DNA of 63,968 nucleotides, counting the filler, from Choristocarpus tenellus KU-1152 (taxonomy: Eukaryota; Protista; Phaeophyceae), in NCBI GenBank assembly GCA_964200185.2. It is 13 parts of 13 records of this genome, joined end to end, with 100 filler letters (N's around TTAATTAATTAA, not from the genome) between each part and the next. Parts side by side here need not be neighbours in the genome. Positions count along the whole stretch, not along the records: positions 47,551 to 51,395 come from CAXNAD020017602.1; positions 51,496 to 54,311 come from CAXNAD020024508.1; positions 54,412 to 57,240 come from CAXNAD020024378.1; positions 57,341 to 61,349 come from CAXNAD020016687.1; positions 61,450 to 63,968 come from CAXNAD020027133.1; 8 more parts are not named here. The stretch is one strand, 5' to 3'. The notes under the pieces are model-generated. The model saw nothing but the letters and a program-made list of their open reading frames with translations. It searched no databases and had not been told where the DNA came from. Each line of letters begins with the position of its first letter. The stretch's first letter is position 1. The position numbers and the translations under genes were made by a program. Shown here piece after piece: positions 50,441 through 63,968 of this stretch.

Positions 50441-50729
50441 CTGGTATAACATACCCAAAGACCAAAAGATGAGAGTTAGGTATGAAATGGGTTCCTCTCG
50501 GAGCAAATTTTGTAGTGTTGTGAATCAGGAGAGAGGCTTTGATGACTGAATTGATCAGCTCAAAAGATTTCAAGGCACTCAGTAGAAATTGAACCAAGCG
50601 CCGCAGAGCCCATGGGCCTCATGACCAGCATGACCAGAGAGCCTACAGAGTGTTAATATTCACGGAAATATCCAATAGAAAGTTCCCCATCCATTTTTCG
50701 TTTGGAACAATCAGAATATGATCAAGTCA

Positions 50730-51011
50730 GACGCAAGGCATTTACGAGGATGGGGTCGCATCCATTTGGGGTCACAAATCCAATGTTGCGATTTTGATGT
50801 AATTTTGGCTATTGTGTTTGTTAGCAAGTGTCAATATCCTTGCTCTGGACACACCTTTCAAAGTCGTGTACATTTTACCTACTTCAAAATGTTTCGGATT
50901 TGGCAACTGTGTTCACAGAAAACCGAAAAAGGGGCATAAAAACGCGTCGGAAGCCAAGCCCTGAACAGACAAAGAGAGGCAATCTCCTACCCCTCTCAAA
51001 CACTCTGGGTC
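50730..51011. mobile_element. Diverged MITE family A copy
   Basis: Internal sequence collinear with other family A copies. Confidence 0.8.
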
Positions 51012-51495
51012 ATCACAGTGATTCACAATACTACTACACTCCTAGTTTGACTACTGCTAGTTCTGTAGGTGCTCGTGATACTCATGTTTTAGTTTTTTGC
51101 AACCCATAGCATCCACTTATCAGTGCTGATCTCTCTACCCACGGATATCCCTCAAATAGTGGTTCTCCCAAGACCCTCCCCTCCACTTCAAGTTGCGCAC
51201 CAGTCGAGGTGTAACACAGTGGAGCTGTGCCCCTGTAGCCAGGCCACACGCCGGTACCGTCCAGCCCTTCCTGTGTCTCTCAATCCAATGCCTCCTTCGC
51301 TCCCCTCCCCCTCGTCTGGTCTTCCTTGGTCGCCTCCCCCCCCCCAGTCACCTCCATCATGGCAATGCTTCCGTTCCTACACCCAACCGCCAGATNNNNN
51401 NNNNNNNNNNNNNNNNNNNNNNNNNNNNNNNNNNNNNNNTTAATTAATTAANNNNNNNNNNNNNNNNNNNNNNNNNNNNNNNNNNNNNNNNNNNN

Positions 51496-51632
51496 CACAC
51501 TTGCAGTGTTTTATAGTGTTCTCGCGTTTAGGATATTTTATTTCTTTAGGGCTACTAACGACATATGTATAGTTTTCATTGGTTACCCCCCTGACACATC
51601 TGCAAAATGCCAGAGGGCATAATAATAATATA
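51496..51632 (+). mobile_element. CRE-like 3' end
   Basis: Near-identical to 147-281. Confidence 0.75.
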
Positions 51633-54411
51633 TAATGTAATATATTAGCCTTTATACGATCCATGCATATGTGTCACGGTAGGACGTGCAATCTTGCAGA
51701 ATAACGCTTTATATAATGACACACGCTTTGTTTGTGTACCGTGTATGTATTGAAAGGCCTCCGTAATCAATACTACACTCTAGTTTGATATGTCAGAAAG
51801 AGGTCAATTGATATCGACTCTGCTATTGTTGTCATGTTGTATGTATTTGCCTCATTATGTGTTCTTCTTGTTCCAGCTATAACATCTACAATATATCAGT
51901 GGGCATAATAATAAAATGTCACACACACACTCGCACATAAATACTATGCTGTTATTGTCGCGTTTGTTGTGATATCCTTCTTGTCTGCCTTTCTTAATTT
52001 TTTTAATTCTCGTTGCATGCATGACAACATCCATCTGCAAAGTGTCAGTAGGCAAAATAACATACATGCACATGTTATTTTGTTTTATCATTCTCTGCCT
52101 TGTATTGCGCTACATCTTGTCCCCCCCACAGCATCTATCATTTACTCAATATCAGTAGTGGGCGAAATATGTGGATATTGTATACATACGTATGATATGC
52201 ATAAGTTTGGGTATGTGGCCTACTCCCCTCCCTCGTTCATTAGGTCTCTCCTCTCTGTATGTATGATACCTCCGGTTCAGATATGGATAAGTTAGATGAC
52301 ACTAAACGTACCAGATATACCTTCCCTCCCATTCTATTGAATTAAATTATTTGAAGCTCGCACCTCCACCGGAGGTACAACTGTACTCTGTGGGTGTGCA
52401 GTAGTAACTGTAAACGAAGTAGTACTGTCAACTGTTCAAGGCCTGAAACCAGCCCACCATGTTACACGATACACTGAGAATGAGATGGACGTTGTTTAAA
52501 CCAAATGTGTGCGTAGCTTGTTAGTTTGCCATTGTGTCCGATGAGGGTCGCTGAACCATTACATGATGGCCATGAGCCTAGCGTTCGTCGTGAGGTCCAA
52601 AAATCGTCACATGCGCCAAAGGTAAGATTTGTGACCCTTCCTGATGGAGGAATGGAAAGCACCCTCCGACCGCAGAAGTACAGTAGCAGTGGTGGTGCGA
52701 CAACAACACCCCCTGGGATGGATTATTCTTCGGTGGGCAGTGCTAGATATGACGAGAAAGACTCTTTGTCTGTGAGGTACGATGACGGGAAGGAGGAGGT
52801 CCGAATCGACGACTGTCGGACAAGACCAAAAACGACTGCGATCATGAAGAAGCTCTCCAACACTCCGCCTGGGTACGCCGAACGGTACAGGAAGAGTCAG
52901 AGTGCAAGGTACGGAGATCTCATCTCGATCTGATCTCAAACTGATATATTGCAAGATTATTCCTATGTATGTGATGAAAATCTGAACCTTTGTCCTGTGC
53001 ACCTCATCATGCCAAAGGAGGGCAATCACTGCGAAAGAAGGGGAGGAGGGCATTCAACAAGGGCGTGGTTGGCACCCCTATATTCCCCCTTCGGCTTGGG
53101 ACTGGGAAGCTCTTCCTTCCCAAGATGTTGAGAACAATGATAAGAATCAGGAAGACGAGAGTGTACTACGGGCACGCATTCAGGAGGTGATGGCAAGGAT
53201 TGACGACATATCGGACGGACTCTGCCCTAGCAAGGGTCAGGCAACAATGAAGGACAGAGGGGTTCCAGTCACAAGTAGCGAGGGCAGTGATGGTGAGGTT
53301 TGTACAAGTGGAGACTTTGCAGGGACCAGAGGCAAGCCTACGGGGCCAGAAACAGATGGAAGCATTAAAGGGCTACATGGAGCCCTAAAACTCTCGATGG
53401 AGCTTGTATCTGCCGGGGAGAAGCATGCCAGTGATAACTCCGTGGCAATGGCAGAAATGTCAACTTGGCTGACGGATCTTCAGCGGAAGCAGATTGCAAG
53501 TTTGTGGAGTCTATCGGACTTAGGGATGGAATTTTGGAATTGTGTGTATCAATACGTTTGGCGAAAAAGAACATGCGTTTAAAGTTGCGAATCACTACCC
53601 CTATTGTAGCAAATGTGTAGAAAGAGAAGGCCAGAGATCTCTTGAAGAGCATGATCGTCAGTCTTAAATTGTTTTTTGCTCTTCCCCACATGTTGAAACG
53701 TAACCAATCCAATCAATTTTGTGTGTGAACAGAATAACGTTAGGATAGATCGACAACCCCAAAGGTTGCACAGCAATGGTTACTGTGAGAGCCAAAGTAA
53801 ACGAGAGGTACCCAGTTTTTGGCCTTTTTGCACTGTGAGTCAGTTATTCAATCTTTTGTAATTCATCCATATTTCTGTGGAGGAGTGCTTAACTTGAGAG
53901 GGTTGATTTCTCTATTCTTAGAAAGTTTTTTAAACAATTAGGAAAATACTATAAAATGTAAGAAAAACAACTGAATTTTGCAGATAATTGCAGGTTTCTT
54001 TAAAATTCCGACTCTGCGTACCTTTCTCATTTACTTTGACTCTGAAGGAAGGTATTGAATGCGGCTTCTTCCTCCTTATCTCTATCTATCCTCTTTGTCA
54101 TTCTTGATTGACAGGTAAGTGTTTATGAGGGGGACTCAATCAACAAGGTCACGATGACTGACACAATCTTATCCGAGGGATGTAATATCGGGGAGTGGGT
54201 ACGTGAGTTCAGGTGTGTCACCAAAGGGCGATGAGAAGGAGACAAACAACTTGATTACATCGGCAATAAAGACTCAAAGTATCTGGGAGGGGGTGGCGGC
54301 TGTTCATTTGGNNNNNNNNNNNNNNNNNNNNNNNNNNNNNNNNNNNNNNNNNNNNTTAATTAATTAANNNNNNNNNNNNNNNNNNNNNNNNNNNNNNNNN
54401 NNNNNNNNNNN

Positions 54412-54491
54412 GTCAACTTTATATCAAAATGACAACATTGGATTTTGGTTCCCAAATGGACACGGCTCTACCCTCTAAGATACTTTGGCTC
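54412..54491. mobile_element. MITE family A, partial at contig edge
   Basis: Ends CTACCCTCTAAGATACTTTGGCTC. Confidence 0.8.
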
Positions 54492-55922
54492 AAGGTGTCT
54501 TCTCATGTCCGAGCTTACCACACCTCTCACAAGGAATCTTCTTGGAACTTTTAGGGTTGGAATTAGAACCATTTTTCTTCCTTTCTTCCATCATGAAATT
54601 TACGTTCGACGCCGCGACCTTGGCCGTTGCGATGAGACTGTCTCTTCCCCTGTGATGAGCTTTTAAGAACCAAATCGTGCCTTTTCTTGTGTCTTGAGTG
54701 CTTACCCTGATGAAGGGAAGCATTTCGCTCTCTAGCAGTTTTCTCTACGTCTGCTCAACGTGGTATCCTATGCGAAGCCATCATGTGCATCTCGGTATCT
54801 TAATCTGAGCCAAAGTATCTTAGAGGGTAGAGCCGTGTCCATTTGGGGTCAAAATCCAATGTTGCGATTTTGATGTAATTTTGGCTATAATGTTTGTTAG
54901 GAAATGTCATTATCTATGTTTCGGACACACCTTTTCATAGCATGTACACTTTACCTACTCCTAAACATTTCGGACTAGGAAAAATTTAATAAAAGAACCA
55001 ATGGGAAGCCAATTCCCAAATGGACAAACAGGGCAAAACTCATACCCTCTAAGATAATTCCACTCTCTGATCCGAGAGCACTCAGGAACTGTAGGAGCAG
55101 CAGCTTGTGGAGCTTGTCCGAGATGACCAGGTCCATTGATAGCATCATCCCTCGAAGCTCTTCCAGGTGGTTTAAAGTCAGGATCGGGTTCGCCCCCTTC
55201 TCAACGTTTGAAGTGAAAAACTCATGGAACAAATGTTGGCTATTGCCCACTGTATTAGGCATGAACCAATCATATATTTGCTCGGAAAAGCTCGCTCAGG
55301 CTCTGGTGCATATAGCACAGTGCCCTGGTAGTGGGTGCGACAAGAGCAACAGTAAGTGCATGGTAGGCTTCTTCAGTCATCCAGATATCATTCGCACTGA
55401 AGCCATCCGAGAGAAGTTCCTCGTAGGAGCGTTCTTGATTGACTGTCTTTCATTTGTCAATGCACCCAAGCAGTGGATATATCTGCAATGCACGATGAAA
55501 CGCCTCCACCAGTCCTGGTAGTCCGAGTCGTCCAATAGTTTCGGTGGTTGGGTCCTTGATCTCTTTGTCTTAGGGCGAACAATATGTGCGCCTGACCCCA
55601 AGCTCTCCGAAGAACCGGACTTCCAGCTCGCCCCACTTCTGACGCTCACAGCATCCAAACTGTTTCCCCTCTCTGGAAACTTTTCCCTCAATATGGGTTC
55701 CATAGGACTCACTTGGACTGGTACGTGCCCAGCTGGAGGCTGTGTGCTGGGCACAGCAGCCTGGACGACGGGATGATTTCCGTCGTTGGCTCTTTCAGAC
55801 TGAACCATGAGATTGCCAACGTTTCTTGACAACTCCGCTACCGTCGCCTTGAGCTGTCTGAATTCTTGGACAGATGAGCCCTCGGAAGGAACAGGTTCCT
55901 GCAATTCTTGAATCGCATCTCA
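54492..55922 (-). mobile_element. Copia-type gag relic interrupted by MITEs
   Basis: PKLLDDSDYQDWWRRF; FLSALGSD(Y); Zn knuckle CERCGKLGH. Confidence 0.75.
54807..55065. mobile_element. MITE family A, full copy, TCT target-site duplication
   Basis: TIRs present; TCT on both sides. Confidence 0.9.
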
Positions 55923-56644
55923 TCGTTTAGATATGATGAAATGATGGGTTAGAAACCTAAGGTTCAATATATTGTGTTACAGTATCTCTCAAATCATCAA
56001 AGAGCATAAAGGTGATAAACCCAGCGAGATTGCTTGATGTCTGTAGAGTGATAAAGTTAAATGGGGCATACAGCACCCCATAAAATCATAAATATTTCCT
56101 TTTATGTAAGAATTTTTTTCATACAACTAATCACTAGTAAAAGGTTCTGGTAACTCAACCACTAACTGATTGTTCCTTTACTCCATACATATTTTACTGT
56201 AACTCTCCGATAGAGTTGGAAGAGTCTAATCGAACTGCATATTCCTTCGAAAGAACAAGAACCAGTATGCTTGATCAGTCCACATATTTTAAACATCTTC
56301 TATTGGTCCTGATCTCGTCCCTGGCAGGGGATCCTGTCGTACCATGGTCCGTATGTTGACCGATTGTACCTTGGCCACCTCCTCTGCTGACCTTCTATAT
56401 TAGTTTCCACGAGTTTATGGTCCCAGCGGCTAGAGTGCTCCCAGGCTTCCCGCGGTTAGCTCCTCCTTTCCCATCTGGTGGAGGTTTAGTTACTGCTCCT
56501 GCTAATGTCCTGCTCCCCTAGTGGCAGGTACAGCAATTGCTTTTATCGTTCTGTAAGCAAGAATCTTGGGGACTCCAATCAATGGGCATGCCCCTTCATG
56601 GACAAGTGTTGTGACGACGGCCCCAGACCCATAGGCAGATTCTT

Positions 56645-56646
56645 GT

Positions 56647-56690
<44 letters not shown>
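56645..56690. repeat. (GGCTCA)n hexanucleotide repeat
   Basis: About 7 units. Confidence 0.9.
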
Positions 56691-56958
56691 GTTGCAGATT
56701 CGGCTGCATTACCTCGATTATCTCCGTTATTTCGTCACAGGGTCCCAGTGCTCAATATTCGTCATGACATACCAGGTACCCAAAGTATCCCTCTTGACCT
56801 CCAGTTCTTACTCGTTATCGATCGTACCATATCCCATATCTCCTTAGCCTCCAGCTCCCCATTTTTGCCGAAGGTGCAGGTCCACTTTGTTGGTATTATG
56901 TTGATGAGACTATTACCCGTTTCAGCTTCCTGTAGCTTATATCGGGTGTTGTGAGAAG

Positions 56959-57078
56959 CTGCACGGGAGTCTCTCGTCATCCGCGCGTCCTCTGTTGATC
57001 TGCACGGGATGTAGTCCTCCCACCGCGTCCACCGTTGAGCTGCACGGGAATCTAGTCCTCCGCGCATCCTCCGTTGAT
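56959..57078. repeat. Imperfect ~40-bp tandem repeat x3
   Basis: CTGCACGGGA…CGCG/CATCC.CCGTTGA occurs three times. Confidence 0.75.
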
Positions 57079-57901
57079 TCCTCTTTCGTGGTTCCAGTGT
57101 AATGTTTGTTAAAACATAGGCTACTCATTTGTTCCTTGTTGATATGATACACATCTACCAGCTTGTACTGACTGTTGATTGGTGCACTGCACTGGTTGTT
57201 AGTGTTCATTTATTTATCACGCATTCCAACTCATCATCACNNNNNNNNNNNNNNNNNNNNNNNNNNNNNNNNNNNNNNNNNNNNTTAATTAATTAANNNN
57301 NNNNNNNNNNNNNNNNNNNNNNNNNNNNNNNNNNNNNNNNTTTTTTACTAAAAAATCTCCCCCCTCACAACCCCCCCCCCCCCCCCCCCCCCAGATACTT
57401 TGACCCAATATATCGCCATCATAATCACTCCCAAAATATTCAGCAAGTATTTTCGATACCATAGAAATACTACCTCAAAATGATAAGGGACCCTCAGAGA
57501 TAACTTACACTGAAGCACACACAAACTGCTAGTACATTACAGCACTACAACCAAACAGGAGTACATAGCACTGCAGGCATTACAGAACAGTCAAGTATGA
57601 CATCACAACATAGAATAGTGCACCCACTCAGGGAAGCAAATACAGTAAAAAAAAAATCAGCTAAAAAAACAAAAGTCAAATTTGAGGACAAATGAAAAAT
57701 TCACGTCAACAACCTATTGGAGGGAATCAGCGCATCAGTACGACAATATAAGGTATACCACCAATACACACACACACATACATACACAAATACATACACA
57801 AATACATACACAAATACATGCACCACTGACGGCACATACTGCATACTTCATACCATCATCAGTTTCTTCTACAGCGGTTAGTAAGTTATCATATACCGTT
57901 C

Positions 57902-58048
57902 CATCAAACCTTACAACTTTAAAATACTTACACCAAACCTTACAACTTTAAAAATACTTACACCAAACCTTACAACTTTAAAAATACTTACACCAAACCT
58001 TACAACTTTAAAAATACTTACACCAAACCTTACAACTTTAAAATACTT
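57902..58048. repeat. 30-bp minisatellite x ~5
   Basis: Unit CACCAAACCTTACAACTTTAAAAATACTTA. Confidence 0.95.
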
Positions 58049-58384
58049 CCCTACTCACACTCCCGACTCATATCACCTGACAAGAGATTGTAGACAACAC
58101 ATGCTGCAGAATACATACATACCTGGGATTTTTATTAAAAGGTGAAATCTATTCAGTACTCTGCCCCTGCCCCTGCCCTCTGCCCCACAAATGTACATAA
58201 AATTAAAACAACTTCAAGAGTTCGACACAAAAAAAGCCATCCAACAAACGAGGGTGTCTCACTGCAGTATCACTATATTGTTGCCCTTCTCCTACTCAAA
58301 AACATTGAAATTGTGCCCTCCACCCCCCGCCCCCTTCCAACCCACCCTCTCTTATCCACTCCCTCCCACCAGATACTATAAAAT

Positions 58385-58520
58385 GTAATAAAAATAGTAG
58401 AATACTAATACTAATAATAATAATAATAGTAATAGTAATAATAGTAATAGTAATAATAGTGATAATAGTAATAGTAATAATAATAGTGGCAATAACAATT
58501 AAAATAGTAATAATGATAAT
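58385..58520. repeat. (TAA/TAG)n microsatellite
   Basis: Seen directly. Confidence 0.9.
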
Positions 58521-58539
58521 ATTTCATTAAAACGAACAC

Positions 58540-59326
58540 CTGTAGGGTTCGATGTCTTGGTAACCCGTGCCCCTTTCTCAAGGAGGGCATGAACTGCATC
58601 GATATGCCCATTAGAAGCAGCATACATGAGCGGAGTCCATCCCCTCTCCAGGCAAGTCACATCTACATCCGCCTCCAGCTTAAGTACAGAATGTTTCGCC
58701 CTGAGTTGTATAAATAAATGTTGTATAAATAAATGTACGTGAATATACGTATCTTTTAGAAGGGATACGCAGAGAGAAGGAATAGGAATAGATGTATGCA
58801 TATACATACATACAAACATACATATAGCAATGTACAAAGTATTCCAAAGTCTTGAAGTACGCATGCTCTAGTACAGGGATTCTGTTTTGATTCTATTTTG
58901 ATTCTATTTTGAAGGGAAACATCTAGGATGGTTTTTGTGAGTGCAGTATGGCAGGGGCTGGGCGCCGGGGAAATATGCTCATGACGTTCCAATTCTCAAC
59001 AACAAAAGTCCCCTTCTACGTCCACTCCTCACCTCAACACCACGCCTCCCCCACTCCACCACAACACTTCTTTTTTTTTCCTTCCGCCTCTCCCCCAATA
59101 TTTCCCCCGCCCTATCCTCAATTCAAACCCTAACCCTATCCCTTGGTAGTCTCATATCACGCAAAGGTGTGTAACAATGTATGTACGTGTGCACAATAAC
59201 ATTTTCCACTTGCTTAATTCTGTTCCTTCCTTCTCATTATCACCTCTCCTCCAACAGCATCTTCAACAGCGGTATATCCCCTTGCTCTGACACCCTATGC
59301 AGAACGGTCAATCCACTGGTGTCCAC
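58540..59326 (-). CDS. Internal exons of an ankyrin-repeat protein (59326-59244, 58700-58540)
   Basis: DTSGLTVLHRVSEQGDIPLLKMLLE and RGWTPLMYAASNGHIDAVHALLEKGA; splice in phase. Confidence 0.85.
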
Positions 59327-60024
59327 CTGACAAGAAAAAATAAATAAATATATATATATATATAAATAAATAAATAAATAAAAAACGAAGACAAATATTA
59401 ATATAAATATCAAACCAGTCAAAAAAATAACATACTACATAGCATGAACAAAAAAAAACACTTACGCACGAAAGTCTCTCTGTACGCAAAAAACAAAAAC
59501 AAAACCGTAAGTAGTCAACACACTTTTTTCTTAATTAAATATCAGAAAACACACACAATACAAAAAAAAAGACATCCCATTAAAAAAAATGAAACAAAAG
59601 AATGAAGTTTTTTACCCATATATAATTTGATGCAAGTGCGAAGTATGGAGTAGGTCACAACATCAACAACAGGACCATTCCTACTATCGAATCTGGGGAT
59701 AGAGCTGTCAGCCCAGCAAGGGATCACCAACACTTCAAAAGAGGGCACAGCGATGGAAAGCAAGGGCAGGACAACATAAGTTGGGGATTATGATTCAACC
59801 ACCAACGGGCTATGCTGCATTGTGGACTACGCTTGACCGAATTAAGAAAGATCAGAACACAGAGTAACGACTACCTTGATACCCTGCTTGTGTTGCGTAA
59901 TCCGCTACTAAATACTGGATGGGGGAGGGGGAGGGGGGGTGGGGGAACTTCAAGTTTGAGGAGGATTCTAGATACCTATCTCGGAAAGAGCTACTTGTCA
60001 CAATTGTGTTTCATTGTAAATACA

Positions 60025-60286
60025 GAGTCAAAGTATCTTAGAGGGTAGAGTCGCACCCATTTGAGGGTCAAAATCCAATGTTGCGATTTTGGTGTAATTT
60101 TGGCTGTCATGTTTGTTAGGAAGTGTAAATACACATGTTCTGGACACACATTTTCATAGCTTATACATTTTACATACTCCTGAACATTTCGTACGAGGAA
60201 AATGTCACAACAAAACCTATAGGAAGCCCAGCCCCAAATGGACAAACAGGACAAAACTTGTACCCTCTTTAACACACTTCTCACTC
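60025..60286. mobile_element. MITE family A, full copy, TACA target-site duplication
   Basis: TACA at 60021-60024 and 60287-60290. Confidence 0.9.
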
Positions 60287-61732
60287 TACACCAAAACAAA
60301 AGATAACCAGTCAAATAGTTGAGATCCTAAGGAAACTACGATAACCTTACCGGGAGGCAGTATACTCGTACAACAACAAACCCTCATCAAGAAAACGCCT
60401 CTAGAGAGTAGAAGAAAAAAAATAACAAGAAAGTAAAAAAATAAATATCGGCCTGGTACAGCAGTTATCAAACACCCCCATTTAAAACACTCATCTTTGC
60501 AATAACAACAACAACAAAAATTTTAAAACCTGGACATTCACAACTCGTCACCAAAATCCAGCTCCACCAACTAATCAACTGCAAGAGGTAGTAAGTAGGC
60601 TGCCCCACATCATGGAACAGGTCTTCGTTTGTACACGCAGCGCACTTGAAATAAACATAGCAATGTATGATGGCAGTTACTGTATGATGGCAGTTACTTT
60701 ATAAACACGGATCGTACCACTATGATACACAGATTGATCCAGCATTGTACCTCTAATTGACATTGTGTTCAGCGCCTGGCAGCCCATGATCAGCAAGGTG
60801 GCCCAACTGTTCACCACAAGGGGGAAAAACCCTGTGGTGTGGTACATACATATCTACAATCTGAAGAAGGGATGATATCCAAGGGACCACACGGAAAAAT
60901 CCATACTGGATCAAAAAAGGGATACCATGAGGAGAACTATTTCATATGTAATATATACAGAGAGGGTTCCCCCATCAGAAATTTCCTGCAATACTCTAGA
61001 GAACTAGCCTGCAAAAAAAAAATCAAAGGAACCCTGTTGATAATGCGGAGACATGCTTCGTACCTGAACAAGGAGGTACAACAGTACAAGCACACAAGGT
61101 GCTCCTAAAAAGGTGCAGTAAAATAGTACAATTCAAGGTACACACATACGCAATACCACAATAAATTTGCAATTATTATACAACCAAGCCAAAAACCACA
61201 TACACGAGGTACCTTCTTATATTTATTTATTTTTCTTAGTAAAACCTTTCCCCCCCCCCCCAAAAAAAAAAAAAAAAAAACCCCAGCCGGAGCCCAAGAA
61301 AACACAACCCCCCCCCACCCAACAAAGGGGAGGTTAAAAAAACTAGGAANNNNNNNNNNNNNNNNNNNNNNNNNNNNNNNNNNNNNNNNNNNNTTAATTA
61401 ATTAANNNNNNNNNNNNNNNNNNNNNNNNNNNNNNNNNNNNNNNNNNNNTTGTACAGGAAAGAAAATGAAAAGTAAACACCAACAACAGAAAAAAAGAGA
61501 AAATTTCAAAGCGACAGATAAACCCAAAAAAAAAAAAAAAAAACACTCCGGGCAAAGACAAGTTGTGCGGCTGGGAAAGAGAGACATGGAATGGAGTCTC
61601 TCATAAATTTTCCAAAAACCCTGTGTAGTAGTAACGCTCTACTGTACGGTGCAGCACACAACGGAAAAAATAACCCTCCTCCTCCCTCCTCAATATTAGC
61701 GACTACTACTTGTACTGCACACACTTTCTCAC

Positions 61733-63261
61733 CCTCCGGCACAGCCCCATAGCTGAGATTCTTCGCGGCTGAGTGCATGCTACTCTCCCATAACCGGCCT
61801 TGAGGAGGAATTGGGGGACCTGCGTTGACTTCCCACACCCAGTGTCACCCGCCACCAGGACTGCCGGGTGTTTCGCAACCGCATCAACGATGACTGTCTC
61901 AAATGCTGCAATTGGGAGGGCTGCCCGGTCCCGGCGGATCTTGACAATGCGTGCCAGGCTGCGACGCATTCGGAACTCCAGGAAGGCATGAAGAAGCCCC
62001 CTCTGAAAGTCTAGCAGGGGACCTGGACTGCGCAGCATGCCTCGGGCGGCTTCCTGATCTAGGACTCCAAGACGCCTGAGGTCACGCATTGCTGCTTCGG
62101 ATGCAGCGCCTGGAGAGATAGTGGAGGAAGCAGAGTTGCTGGCAGCAGGTGCAAGAGGCCTATGGTCAAACGGTATCACGCGCGCTTCCCCTCCTCTCCC
62201 TCTTCTTGTTTCTTTTTGTGCCTGGCCTGCTGCTTCCTGTTCCTGGCACTGCCCTGGCGTCAGCACTGTAAAGTTTGAGGTGTAACGTTTGTGGAACTTG
62301 CTGGGTAGGTTTGCAAGCACGGGTGGAAGATTCCTGCCAACTTCCTCCCCCTTTCTGTGCCCCAACGGTCCATTTCGCCCCTTTCCTGCTGAACCCCATC
62401 CCTCTCCGCCTTCATTTGCAATCCCCTTCGCTGCTGATATTACCGATGTTGATGATGCCGCCGCCGTCATTGTCACAGCTGCACGGCGGGCAAGGTATTT
62501 CGGGGCAAACTCTGGAAAACGCAGCAGAATGGAGGAAAAAATAACACGATAATGTAGGGTATCATGTGATTAGACTCGGGGGAAGGACCAGATGGTACGT
62601 CATAAGCTGGGTTGTGGCTTCACAGTAAGATGTACAGCGTCAAAGCTCTACAGCAGCCCGGAGTGAGCACTCATAACAATTCGAAGCCAAAGCGGTTGAA
62701 GCAATGTCATTAACAGTAGAATGCGAGCCAAGAGACCTGCTAATAAATCAAGTAAGAGGCTTCGAATCCCCACGTTCTCGTTACAAAATGACAAAACCCT
62801 GCATAGTCAATGTGATGAAGTTTACCAAGGGATCACACCTGCCTCCTACCTACAGCTGCGAACCTGCATATCCTCCTCCCTACCACCATACATGATTCTT
62901 AACCCAGTCCAAAATTCCACTCTCCCTATTCCACACCTTCCAGCTCCTTGAACTCCTCCGAGTCCGCAGAGATCACGCCCTCCTTAGTGAAAAACATTGC
63001 ACGAAGTATCTGCCTGCAATTAGGATCCTCCCACATATCCTCAGTGAAGAGCTCCTCTCTTGTAGAGGGAAACACCTTACTCACCACAGCGATTTCCTCG
63101 AAACGACTCCGCCGCCTGGATATCGTAGGACGTTTTTGTGACTTGCATGCATTGTCATCTTGCTCACCCTTGGCGAGACCATCTTTGGCGCTTTCCGTAT
63201 CAGCCTGCGCACCTCTCGTGGACTTATGTTTGTCGAATGCATCGCTCTCCTCTCTCTTCAT
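61733..63261 (-). CDS. DHX34: 5' exons of a DEAH-box RNA helicase, DHX34-like (exon 62478-61733; probable upstream exon ~63261-62937)
   Basis: FLEFR…LARIVKIRRDRAALPIA…VAGDTGCGKSTQVPQFLL…ACTQPRRISAM. Confidence 0.8.
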
Positions 63262-63749
63262 TTCTTCTCGTCAGTTATTCCTCAACCCATCGTTGTCCCT
63301 AGAGGTGTTGTTGTGTCCATTTACAGTCTTGTCCACGTCCCTAATCCCTCCAATCTGCAACCTACACTTTGTGGACAATTGCAAAACTCTCTGCATAGAC
63401 GCTTCCATGTGCTAATACTATTACTTCAACCTGCTTGCTTTCCGTGTAGTTACCGTTCCTCTCGCCATGACCAGTGTTCGGGGGAGGATTTCGCTACAAA
63501 AAGGTTGAGTACAGTACAGTTCAACTCGCTACCATTGGTTTTATATCTCTTGCGAGGCCTCTGGATTGCGGTCAGAACCATAATCTAACTTTATCTTCAA
63601 CGTTTGGTTACATAAAATAGATATTATTGTAGCAATTACCATGTAGTTAGTATACACTATCCTCTCATATGAACACTTCTTAGTTTCAAGAACCTCGTTC
63701 TGCACCTTACCCCATCAAGATCATTCATTGCCTAATGGTGAAGACAATT

Positions 63750-63940
63750 AGCCTCAAAGTATCTGGGGGGGGTGGCGGCTGTCCATTCAGGGTTCATTGT
63801 TCCATGTTGCGATTTTAGGGTGATTTGGTTGCATATGTCGGATGGATAATGTAAGTGCACTTCTCCTGGTCAGGGCCCGAATGGACAACCTGGTGTAAGC
63901 CCCCCCCCCCGCCCCCCCCCCCCCCCCCCCACCCCCCTCC
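63750..63940. mobile_element. MITE family B copy
   Basis: CTCAAAGTATCTGGGGGGGTGGCGGCTGTCCATT…CTGGTGTAAG followed by poly-C. Confidence 0.8.
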
Positions 63941-63968
63941 CCCGCGGCATCCACAGGCGACATGACCT

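Noticed and set aside
52526-53582. Two plus-strand ORFs as a gag/ORF1
   Set aside because: Plausibly TE-derived, but no diagnostic motif, LTR or PBS was found.
56959-57078. Repeat with variable middle as a mini-array
   Set aside because: Only three degenerate units; the variable parts are short and related to one another.

Overview
Eukaryotic, intron-rich, TE-dense genomic DNA, most likely from a photosynthetic stramenopile (inferred from a histone H3 ending in ERS, bipartite plastid-type presequences and TTAGGG repeats; brown-alga-like). The window is not contiguous: it is 13 short contigs joined by twelve 100-nt N spacers containing TTAATTAATTAA, so adjacency across spacers means nothing. 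Recognisable host genes: intronless histone H3 with a 3' stem-loop, an intronless FNIP-repeat gene, a plastid FKBP head-to-head with a small conserved plastid-type gene, 3' exons of an EML/WD40 gene, ankyrin-repeat exons and 5' exons of a DHX34-like DEAH helicase. Mobile DNA: two related MITE families (about 19 full or partial copies), CRE-like non-LTR fragments, Copia gag and RT relics, and Sola2-, Harbinger-, Crypton- and possibly CACTA-like relics. The main hunt result is a spliced minus-strand gene present in two diverged, MITE-disrupted copies (7596-11845 and 18348-21050). Joining its GT-AG exons by hand gives AP2-like, PHD finger, a beta-class N6A/N4C DNA-methyltransferase fold with degenerate catalytic motifs, and a SET-like domain. 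The ORF track does not show this protein. All domain calls come from motif recognition by eye and need HMM or structure confirmation.
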